64,000 bases of DNA from a virus. The notes below the pieces were generated by a model. That model was not told the origin of the DNA. It made no database searches and worked only from the letters and a program-made list of their open reading frames with translations. The translations under genes were made by a program, and so were the position numbers. The stretch is from IMG/VR virus record IMGVR_UViG_3300008262_006988. The stretch is one strand, 5' to 3'. How positions within the stretch are numbered: position 1 is the first letter of the stretch; each line of letters begins with the position of its first letter. Positions 56,796-64,000 of this stretch are shown piece after piece.

Positions 56796-57236
56796 ATGGC
56801 CTTTTTAACAAAGTATAATGAATATATTACAACATTAATAGAGCAAGATGTAGAGCAAGGTAGTCCACAGGACGCCACTACACCTGATCCTAATGCGCAA
56901 CCTAAGCCTGCTACTGATAATACTCCACAAGCTGTTGCTCCTGAGGGATATGTAAGTCTTGTTAAAATGCTCGCTAAAGCATTAGTGATGGATATACCTG
57001 CTGGTGAAATTGACGCAATTTTCACCGGTGACAATATCACAAAAGAAAATGCATTCGATATACAAAATAAACTTAAGTTTGTAATGAACGAAAATGAAGT
57101 GAAATCAGATAATATCGAGAGACTCAACAACCCCAATTTTAAAAAGTTTGTTAACTCTGTTAACGAGAATAATTTTATGCAAAAATATAATGTTATTGTT
57201 AACAGTATGAAGAAAAAGAGCCCGTACGTTCAATAA
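56796..57236 (+). CDS. Hypothetical late protein
   Basis: TAAATA (56785-56790)-N5-ATG; N-terminus MAFLTKYNEYITTLIE. Confidence 0.6.
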   Translation: MAFLTKYNEYITTLIEQDVEQGSPQDATTPDPNAQPKPATDNTPQAVAPEGYVSLVKMLAKALVMDIPAGEIDAIFTGDNITKENAFDIQNKLKFVMNENEVKSDNIERLNNPNFKKFVNSVNENNFMQKYNVIVNSMKKKSPYVQ

Positions 57237-57785
57237 CTATCGGCTTTCGAGAGCTGTAATAGCTTCATATAAAAAATCTTCTATTTGCTCTTTAGATTCT
57301 CTTGAAAGTACTGTACGGATCTTATTAATAATCGTCTCACCGCCATTGGCTATAGAATTATAAAGATCTTGCTCTGTTTCTTCTTCAATATTCTCTATAT
57401 CCGTATCGACCTGTTGACGATATGTTTCATAGTCCATATAGCCATAAACAGATTCGATGTGATTAAGAGCTTCTGTCACTTTACTTAATACCCACGGCTC
57501 TGCGCTGCTATGTTTTGCAACTAAATCATGTAACATTGCTGAAAGCTTTACAAGCCTAAATAAACTTTGCTTAACCATTCCCGCGTTTGTATCTTCATGA
57601 TTTACTGAACCTTCACATTCTTCATCACTACATTGACCGCACTGTCTGTGAGGAGGCATTTCAACATGATTAACCTTAGATACTGATGGTTGCATACTGT
57701 CATTATCACCTCTCGGCCCGATACCCATTTCGGTTATTTTTTGTACGTAGATTTCGTTCAGTAATTCAATATCTTTTGCGAACAT
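57237..57785 (-). CDS. Hypothetical virion-type protein
   Basis: GMVKQSLFRL..EPWVLSKVTEALNHIESVYGYMDYE, a helical motif I recall from large-myophage proteins; TAAATA boxes upstream. Confidence 0.6.
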   Translation of the reverse strand: MFAKDIELLNEIYVQKITEMGIGPRGDNDSMQPSVSKVNHVEMPPHRQCGQCSDEECEGSVNHEDTNAGMVKQSLFRLVKLSAMLHDLVAKHSSAEPWVLSKVTEALNHIESVYGYMDYETYRQQVDTDIENIEEETEQDLYNSIANGGETIINKIRTVLSRESKEQIEDFLYEAITALESR

Positions 57786-57846
57786 AGCTATTTATATTTA
57801 ATTTCTAGGCTACTAAAATATTACAATTTATATTATAAATAATTGT

Positions 57847-58341
57847 GTGCAATTAACGTTTAAAGAATTTTTTAATGAAAAAAAGTGCTGGAAGGGGTAT
57901 GTTAAGAGGGGTCTTAAGAAAAAAAACGGCAAGCTTGTTAACAATTGTGTTAAGGAAGATGCTGATGCAAAGTTAATTTTACCAGTAGTAGAAAATATTT
58001 TCATTAATGGCATCGGAGTGGTTGCCGCAAAAATAGATAGCGGTAATGAGGCGTATAATGTATTACACGGGCTAAACACTAATATTGACGGCGATGTCGT
58101 TACATTTACAACTGTAAATGATAAAAAAATGTCAGCACCACTTGTTGATACGACAGTTATACATATCGGCAGTGGTGTAAAGGAAGAAAGACCTGTTGTT
58201 GCTCTTGATATTAAGCTAAAGGATAAAGTTTACCGCAACATACCTTTCAGTCTTGCAGACCGCTCTGAAAATGATGAACCGGTATTGATAGGTGAGCCGT
58301 TTATACGCGATATCGGCGCACTTATCGATGTGAGCTTATAG
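57847..58341 (+). CDS. Retropepsin-like aspartic protease (RimK-associated putative protease family) with an N-terminal CWKGY module
   Basis: AKIDSG, ERPVV, FSLADRS and VLIG motifs. TATAAATA (57834-57841)-N5-GTG. Confidence 0.8.
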   Translation: MQLTFKEFFNEKKCWKGYVKRGLKKKNGKLVNNCVKEDADAKLILPVVENIFINGIGVVAAKIDSGNEAYNVLHGLNTNIDGDVVTFTTVNDKKMSAPLVDTTVIHIGSGVKEERPVVALDIKLKDKVYRNIPFSLADRSENDEPVLIGEPFIRDIGALIDVSL

Positions 58342-58989
58342 CTTCTTCATGTTTGCTACAAATGTATAAAATTCAGCCCGTGTTGCTGCATCTGCCATAA
58401 AATCACCACTAAGCTTGCTTGTCTTCATCTCACACCCGTCGTGTTTAACGCCGCGATTACATGCACATGTATGTGTAGCGCTAACTACAACAGCAACACC
58501 GCGATTTTTCTCGCATACTTCGTTAATTGCATCGTGAATCTGTATAGTGAGACCTTCTTGAATTTGCGGACGACGCGCGTAAAATTCAACAATTCTGTTT
58601 AATTTTGAGAGACCGATAACACGACCATCTAATGATGGTATATATGCCACATGAGCTACACCTGTAAACGCGAGGTGATGATGACTACACATGCTCTTTA
58701 CAGGAATGCCGCCTTGAAATACAATGCCATCATAACCATTACTCGGAAACGAAGTAACTTTCGGTGGTTCATTATAGCAACCTGCAGCGAGGTCATTTAC
58801 AAAAGCTTTTGCAACACGAAGAGGTGTGTTAGTACTATTCGGATCATTTCTCCAATCAAAGCCGAGAGCATCTAAATAGCTCTCATATGCCTTTGCGGCT
58901 CTCTCTATAATTGTTCTCTTTTCCTCGTCAGTATGAGGATGATTACCATTTGCGTATTTAATGCGTACTTCTTTCGTATATTCTTCCAT
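58336..58989 (-). CDS. folE: GTP cyclohydrolase I FolE
   Basis: TPLRVAK, SMCSHH, GLSKLNR, RRPQIQE and HTCACNRG motifs. Confidence 0.97.
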   Translation of the reverse strand: MEEYTKEVRIKYANGNHPHTDEEKRTIIERAAKAYESYLDALGFDWRNDPNSTNTPLRVAKAFVNDLAAGCYNEPPKVTSFPSNGYDGIVFQGGIPVKSMCSHHHLAFTGVAHVAYIPSLDGRVIGLSKLNRIVEFYARRPQIQEGLTIQIHDAINEVCEKNRGVAVVVSATHTCACNRGVKHDGCEMKTSKLSGDFMADAATRAEFYTFVANMKKL

Positions 58990-59004
58990 AATAATTGTTG
59001 TTAC

Positions 59005-59042
59005 ATTATATTACCTGAATACGGTGTTTTCAACTATAAATA
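59005..59042. promoter_or_regulatory. Back-to-back sigma70 (folE, -) and late (+) promoters
   Basis: TTGAAA (59028-59033)-17-TATAAT (59005-59010) on the minus strand; TATAAATA at 59035-59042 on the plus strand, 5 nt before GTG 59048. Confidence 0.75.
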
Positions 59043-59047
59043 TTATT

Positions 59048-59470
59048 GTGAAATTTGATTTATTGCTTGAGACATGCTTTAATAAGCTTACCGCATTGCA
59101 GCGCGTACGGATTAAAGTCGATCCATCTACAATACCACATGCTGATGATTTAAGTGAGTGCCCGTCTTATGAAGGTTATGTACTGGAAGAGAATGATGGT
59201 ATTGTCAAGATTTTAATGGTACAACCGACAGTAGGTATCGAAACACTACCTGCATCGAGTATAGAGCCCACGGATAATGATTGTGAGTCAAATACCCTTG
59301 ATGAGCTTAAAAAATTTATTTTACAGCGATTACAGTTACAGGAATGTGACCCTTTATTTACACAAATTATAAATTGTACGAGTCTTGATGAAGTTGAGAC
59401 ATTTCTACAACAATCTGGCTGCAGCGAAGGGGATATGATGGAATTGTATAAAGATTTTATAACATTATGA
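59048..59470 (+). CDS. Hypothetical late protein
   Basis: Start reassigned to GTG 59048 (MKFDLLLET) from promoter spacing; the track start overlaps folE. Confidence 0.6.
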   Translation: MKFDLLLETCFNKLTALQRVRIKVDPSTIPHADDLSECPSYEGYVLEENDGIVKILMVQPTVGIETLPASSIEPTDNDCESNTLDELKKFILQRLQLQECDPLFTQIINCTSLDEVETFLQQSGCSEGDMMELYKDFITL

Positions 59471-60030
59471 GTAAATTTGATGAATTAGCGAAATTAGTGT
59501 TAAATGAAGCGTCTCTAGGTACATATGCTAAGCGCGTGGTATCGCCGTCGAGCTGGCGCCGAGGTATTGCTAAAACATTACACGGTGCTGGCACAGTGGC
59601 AGGTGCGCTTAAAGATCCTTATAAACCCGCAGGCCCGGAGGCTGTCTCAAGAGCTCTTAAAGGTGCTGCAAACATTATAAGTCCTGATCCAAGTACGGCA
59701 TGGGCAAAACCTGAAGAGCCTGCAACTCTAAAGCAAACTAATAAAAAAGAAGTTGTCCCAAAATTTAATGATCGCGATTACTTTAATATTGTCATGAATG
59801 GAAAGGTATTTGCTGGTAAAATAATTAAAGTCGCTGGTGAGTATGTATTTGTTAAGTTGTTTAAGCATCCACAGTATGGCAGTGCTGTAGCACTTGTAAA
59901 ACAGCGTGTACCGGAATTATTTTTCTATAAAGAAAAAATACCTAAAGGTAAATCGCGCTATATTGATAGTGCAAAGGCTACTATTACATACAATAATAAA
60001 AAAAGACACTGGGTAGCTATGACTAAGTAA
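59467..60030 (+). CDS. Hypothetical protein (candidate internal head protein)
   Basis: MSKFDELAKLVLNEA followed by a basic region; ATGA-coupled to the previous gene. Confidence 0.6.
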   Translation: MSKFDELAKLVLNEASLGTYAKRVVSPSSWRRGIAKTLHGAGTVAGALKDPYKPAGPEAVSRALKGAANIISPDPSTAWAKPEEPATLKQTNKKEVVPKFNDRDYFNIVMNGKVFAGKIIKVAGEYVFVKLFKHPQYGSAVALVKQRVPELFFYKEKIPKGKSRYIDSAKATITYNNKKRHWVAMTK

Positions 60031-60035
60031 ATTTT

Positions 60036-60278
60036 ATGCCATTAAAAAAGGGAACATCAAGTAAGGCTATTTCTTCTAATATAAAGAAAGAAATGAGCAA
60101 GTATAAAAAAACCGGTAAAATCGGTACATCGCATCCAAAATCTAAGAAAGCTGCGCAAAAACAAGCAGTTGCAATAGCTCTACAAACCGCTGGTAAGTCT
60201 AAAAAAACCAACGAATCTTTTAATCAATACGTTATTAATATTCTTGAAAGTATTGAAAATTTGCAAAAAAATAGTTGA
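60036..60278 (+). CDS. Small highly basic phage protein (MPLKKG..KQAVAIAL family)
   Basis: MPLKKGTSSKAISSNIKKEM..AQKQAVAIAL; TAAGTA 6 nt upstream. Confidence 0.7.
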   Translation: MPLKKGTSSKAISSNIKKEMSKYKKTGKIGTSHPKSKKAAQKQAVAIALQTAGKSKKTNESFNQYVINILESIENLQKNS

Positions 60279-60377
60279 TTTCCTGACCAACGTTGGTTAT
60301 AATATTCTTAGGTATAGATATAAGAATTTAGAAAAAGTTAATAAAATAGTTGAACGCGGTGGAATTGATGTTATAAT
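60275..60377 (+). promoter_or_regulatory. Tandem sigma70 promoters upstream of queD
   Basis: TTGATT (60275)-17-TATAAT (60298) and TTGAAC (60350)-16-TATAAT (60372, with extended TG). The second is 7 nt before ATG 60385. Confidence 0.75.
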
Positions 60378-60384
60378 ACCTTTT

Positions 60385-61008
60385 ATGAGTTTTGAGAGCA
60401 CAAAAGTAATTGATTTAGGTAGCTGCGCATTTCGTCAATGGAGAGCAGATCACAGTCACTGTAAGTTTATTCATGGTTATAGACTAGTTGCTAAATTCTG
60501 GTTTTGTTGTAATGAGTTGGATAATAAGAACTGGGTTGTCGACTTTGGTGGTTTGAAGGAATTAAAGGTAGCTCTTGAGAAACAATTTGATCATACCTTC
60601 TGTGTAGCTGCTGATGATCCTTTACTGAGTCATTTTAAGCAACTACATGAGCTCGGTGCTTGTGATTTAAGGGTCATGCCTGACGGTGTAGGTATTGAAA
60701 GAACTGCAGAATGGTGCTTCAAAACAGCTAATAGAATTATTCGATCACAAACAAATAATAGATGTTGGGTCAACAAAGTCGAAGTTTGGGAGCATGAGAA
60801 AAATTCAGCCTTATTCGTTAATAACGATACCTGCTACAATGATAGAATAGTGCAGAAAGAAGTGAAGGATACTACACAATCACAAGAACAGTCGATTACG
60901 ACACAAGTAAATCCGCAGCATCAAAATGAGCCGATACCTGCACGAGTAGGTAATCAGGTTAGCTCCGGGTGGTCAAACCCTTTTGCAGGTACAAGTTGGG
61001 GTGTCTGA
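60385..61008 (+). CDS. queD: 6-carboxy-5,6,7,8-tetrahydropterin synthase QueD with C-terminal extension
   Basis: CKFIHGY, VVDFGGLK, FDH and VEVWE motifs. Start taken at ATG 60385. Confidence 0.9.
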   Translation: MSFESTKVIDLGSCAFRQWRADHSHCKFIHGYRLVAKFWFCCNELDNKNWVVDFGGLKELKVALEKQFDHTFCVAADDPLLSHFKQLHELGACDLRVMPDGVGIERTAEWCFKTANRIIRSQTNNRCWVNKVEVWEHEKNSALFVNNDTCYNDRIVQKEVKDTTQSQEQSITTQVNPQHQNEPIPARVGNQVSSGWSNPFAGTSWGV

Positions 61009-61421
61009 TGTCACCTGAGCATAGACATCAGATATACGGCGGAGATATATCTGATTATATTGTACCGCAAAAACAAAAAGAAACACAATTACCTTTTCTT
61101 CAAACACAAGATGATCTATCTAATATTTACGATAGACAAATAAAGGGTAAGCCAAGTATCGATACAACAGGTCTCGTTTCTTCAGGCAATATTTTACCAC
61201 CTTTTGAGCGTGATCCTCATTTTCAGCACATAGAGAATAATTTAAAAGATACACTTAATATTATTGCTCAACAAATAGGTCTAAGCGACAATGATGGTGT
61301 AAAGACATTACGCTCTGGATCAGTTGATCTCAAAGATCAAACAACTGATGATTTGACTGCAGCAAACAATAATGTACTTAAAGCTCTTGAAGAACTCAAG
61401 AATTTAGGAGCTGCTTCGTAG
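61008..61421 (+). CDS. Hypothetical protein
   Basis: TGATG-coupled to queD. Confidence 0.55.
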   Translation: MSPEHRHQIYGGDISDYIVPQKQKETQLPFLQTQDDLSNIYDRQIKGKPSIDTTGLVSSGNILPPFERDPHFQHIENNLKDTLNIIAQQIGLSDNDGVKTLRSGSVDLKDQTTDDLTAANNNVLKALEELKNLGAAS

Positions 61422-62178
61422 TTCCGCAAGGTATCTGCTTGAATATATGTGTAACATATTTACACAACTCTGATCTCACAATATGATCCTCAGTAAGTTC
61501 TATACAGTGTATACCATGAGCTTTTGCGTCATCATTATTAAAAGCATTATAAACCGCATTGAAGCCAGATTTACCGGGTGGTAAATCGCTTTGATCCGGG
61601 TCACCGCAAATCATTACTTTGCTAAATTCACCAATACGTGTAAACAAGGTTTGCAATTCACGTATAGTTAAATTTTGACTTTCATCGCAGCATACAAACT
61701 TTACTGAAAAATGTAAACCACGAGCGAAATTTATAGGGCAAACGGCAATTCGGTTATCTTTCTCGAGACGCTTAATCTGCATATCAGTAATTAACTCGTT
61801 AAATTTTTCGTTAAACGGTGTGAGATATACACCGAACTTCTCCATCATATCTCCAGGAAGATACCCAAGTTTAGATTCAGAGCTCTCAACAGCAGAGCGT
61901 ACAAGTACGATATCTGAGACTTTTTTTGCATTTAACAACTGTAACCCAAGATACATTGACAAAATTGTCTTACTTGTGCCCGCCGGGCCCTTTAATAACA
62001 TTAATTTTGTTTTCTTATTGAGAAAAAGATTTATAATTTCTTTTTGCTTTTCTGTCCACGGAAGCTCTTTGACCTTTAACTCAAAATCGATTTTATCACG
62101 TTGTGCTATATAAGGTGAATTGTCAGTTGGCGGCTCAACATTTACAACAGCAACGTTGTTTTTCTTGGATTTACTCAT
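61396..62178 (-). CDS. phoH: PhoH-family ATPase
   Basis: GPAGTSKT, LGYLPG, FARG, DESQN, TRIG, CGDPDQSD and IVRS motifs. Start taken at ATG 62178. Confidence 0.95.
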   Translation of the reverse strand: MSKSKKNNVAVVNVEPPTDNSPYIAQRDKIDFELKVKELPWTEKQKEIINLFLNKKTKLMLLKGPAGTSKTILSMYLGLQLLNAKKVSDIVLVRSAVESSESKLGYLPGDMMEKFGVYLTPFNEKFNELITDMQIKRLEKDNRIAVCPINFARGLHFSVKFVCCDESQNLTIRELQTLFTRIGEFSKVMICGDPDQSDLPPGKSGFNAVYNAFNNDDAKAHGIHCIELTEDHIVRSELCKYVTHIFKQIPCGTTKQLLNS

Positions 62179-62202
62179 GTACAAGTACTTATTACATTTC
62201 TC

Positions 62203-62230
62203 TTGATTAACCATAATTAACCCTTACAAT
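62203..62230 (+). promoter_or_regulatory. sigma70-type promoter for queE
   Basis: TTGATT-16-TACAAT, 9 nt before ATG 62240. Confidence 0.65.
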
Positions 62231-62239
62231 CATTACTGT

Positions 62240-62998
62240 ATGATAAACATTGATGAAGAGACGCTTTTCTTAAGTGATGATAAAATATTTTACACAATTG
62301 AGGGTGAAGGTGAATATATCGGAACACCGTCTGTCTTTATGAGACTGTCAATGTGTAATCTTACATGTAATAAGTTTATATCAGATGACTCTCCGCATGG
62401 TTGTGATTCTTACGTCTCTTGGTCTGTAAAGAATAAAATGACTTTTCAAGAGATTTTTACAATGATGGAAAAAAGCTTTCACATTAACTATCTTCAAGAC
62501 GGTAGTATTTTAAAAATTACAGGTGGTGAACCGCTTGTACAGCAAAAGCAGCTTTTAAAGTTTATAAACTGCTTTATTGAGCGATATGGATTCTTACCGA
62601 GAATTGACTTTGAAACAAACGCTACTATTATGCCCGATAACGAATGGGTAGCACATTATAGAGCTACATTCACAACTTCACCTAAGCTGTCGACGAACGG
62701 TGATCCAGTGGAGAAGACGTATAAGCCTGAAGTTCTTAAATGGCATGTATTGAATAACTCTGGATTTAAGTTCGTAATAACTACTGATAGTGATATAGAG
62801 GAAATATGGAACAAGTATGTACGTGATGACGAAGGCATAAATATACCAACAAAGCGTATATGGTTTATGCCTTGCTGCGGTTCACGTGAAGAGCACTCTC
62901 AAAGAGCTGCTGCAGTTGCAGAATATGCAAAGTGTATGGGCGTAAAATTCAGCCCACGCTTACAATTGGTTATCTGGGACAAAGCTTTAAAGGTTTAA
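62240..62998 (+). CDS. queE: 7-carboxy-7-deazaguanine synthase QueE (radical SAM)
   Basis: FYTIEGEG..PSVFMR, CNLTC-x11-CDS, ITGGEP, ETN, SPK, KFV and SPRLQ motifs. Confidence 0.93.
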   Translation: MINIDEETLFLSDDKIFYTIEGEGEYIGTPSVFMRLSMCNLTCNKFISDDSPHGCDSYVSWSVKNKMTFQEIFTMMEKSFHINYLQDGSILKITGGEPLVQQKQLLKFINCFIERYGFLPRIDFETNATIMPDNEWVAHYRATFTTSPKLSTNGDPVEKTYKPEVLKWHVLNNSGFKFVITTDSDIEEIWNKYVRDDEGINIPTKRIWFMPCCGSREEHSQRAAAVAEYAKCMGVKFSPRLQLVIWDKALKV

Positions 62999-63999
62999 AG
63001 CTCACTATAAGCATCGTAAAGCAGTTTAAATATGAGACTATCACTATTAGATTGCATCATGTGTATATAGTTGTGTGTTGTAATAGGTATCGCTCTCCTA
63101 AGAATGTTATTAAATTCTGTTACACTTAATTCGTTTAAGTATTTAAGTGTATTAATTAGATATCGTAATCTATCCGACCAGTCTATAACAACATCATAAC
63201 TTTCATCCCAAAAAGATGAAAAAGTGCGATAGCCGCAACGCTTTAAAAACGTTAAAAAATTAGGCTGTGCTACAGTAATGAACGGCATAGAGTAAAGCAT
63301 ACATTTATATATTTTTTCTGTAAAAAAAACACTGTTAGCAAAGCAGTGATGAACAAGTGTTTCAGTAATAATATTAATACCTACGTTTTCGATAAAATTG
63401 CTGTTATAAGTATCCCACTGATTAAATTTTAATTCAACATTATCTGCACTAAGAGGTAAAACTTTTGTAAATTTTTGAAACTCTGGTTGCTTAAAGAGTT
63501 TTTCTGTATGCGGTAAGGTATACAACGTGTCATTTTCATTGAACAGTTGTAAACTACAGAGTGTGTTTGGAAGTATATTATGTTTCCACAAACTAAAAAC
63601 GGTTTCATATCGTGAGTCTTTTGGTTGTCTGTTGAGACATAGAAATCTTTTTATGTCTGACTCTGTGTGTATATTAGTAATACGACGCTTGTGCGAGGTG
63701 TGTATATCGATTTGCTTTATAGAATATTTTACTGCTTGCTCAAAATAATTAAATTTGCATATTTTAATACCGTTAACATTACCTATAACAGGTTCTCGCT
63801 CAGAGTTGTTAGATAAAAAAATTAACTGACTTAAAGGTATTTTATATTTGTCAAATAAAGTATATATTTTCTCCATACCTGTATAGGTAACACTATGAAA
63901 TTCATGTGCCTGACTTAATATAATAAGAGCTTTGCCGTTAATTGCGCGGTTAATTATAGATATATCAATAATATCTGTCAAATCATTTACATGCTCGCA
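62995..63999 (-). CDS. Glycosyltransferase-like protein (GT10-like C-terminal motif), 5' end may lie outside the window
   Basis: FLCLNR..R and INIITET..FFTEKIYK..PFI..GYRTFSSFWDESYD. The frame stays open to the window edge. Confidence 0.55.
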   Translation of the reverse strand, partial: CEHVNDLTDIIDISIINRAINGKALIILSQAHEFHSVTYTGMEKIYTLFDKYKIPLSQLIFLSNNSEREPVIGNVNGIKICKFNYFEQAVKYSIKQIDIHTSHKRRITNIHTESDIKRFLCLNRQPKDSRYETVFSLWKHNILPNTLCSLQLFNENDTLYTLPHTEKLFKQPEFQKFTKVLPLSADNVELKFNQWDTYNSNFIENVGINIITETLVHHCFANSVFFTEKIYKCMLYSMPFITVAQPNFLTFLKRCGYRTFSSFWDESYDVVIDWSDRLRYLINTLKYLNELSVTEFNNILRRAIPITTHNYIHMMQSNSDSLIFKLLYDAYSEL

Positions 64000-64000
64000 A

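Noticed and set aside
60304-60350. preQ1-I riboswitch upstream of queD
   Set aside because: A hairpin and A-rich tail exist, but the loop lacks the ligand-pairing cytidine and I could not build the pseudoknot. An Infernal scan would settle it.
1-64000. tRNA genes, stop-codon reassignment, DpdA, and capsid/portal genes
   Set aside because: No cloverleaf was seen and the intergenic gaps are mostly too short. Core genes are intact in the standard code. No TGT-fold, gp20, gp21 or gp23 motifs were recognised; these genes presumably lie outside the window.

Overview
This window is 64 kb of an AT-rich, gene-dense T4-like myophage genome. No tRNA, rRNA, CRISPR array or integrase was recognised. From 1 to about 32 kb it encodes tail, baseplate, neck and packaging proteins: a truncated Trp-repeat fibre, gp6, gp25, gp53, a gp27-like hub, gp48/54-like proteins, tape measure, two gp26-like genes, gp19, gp18, a gp3-like protein, gp17, a putative gp16 and gp14. 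From about 34 to 56 kb it encodes T4-type replication and recombination proteins (gp61, gp45, gp32, gp41, UvsX, gp43, gp46/47, UvsW, UvsY) and the late sigma factor gp55; gp44 and dUTPase lie near 12 kb. A complete preQ0 (7-deazaguanine) pathway (folE, queD, queE, queC) is dispersed through the right half, together with a stand-alone class II glutamine amidotransferase coupled to a GT2-like glycosyltransferase and two more glycosyltransferase-like genes. No DpdA/TGT is visible in the window. Five signals stand out. (1) The deazaguanine, amidotransferase and glycosyltransferase genes together suggest an undescribed hypermodified base. (2) Many genes appear leaderless: TAAATA sits 5-6 nt before late start codons, and sigma70 -10 boxes sit 6-9 nt before early start codons. 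(3) The amidotransferase has the only clear Shine-Dalgarno I noticed and apparently starts at ATT. (4) About a dozen scattered genes have N-termini resembling T4 capsid-targeting peptides, one of them on an aspartic protease. (5) Early and late transcription units are arranged back-to-back or converge without terminators. All family calls come from motif recognition by eye; no database search was run.
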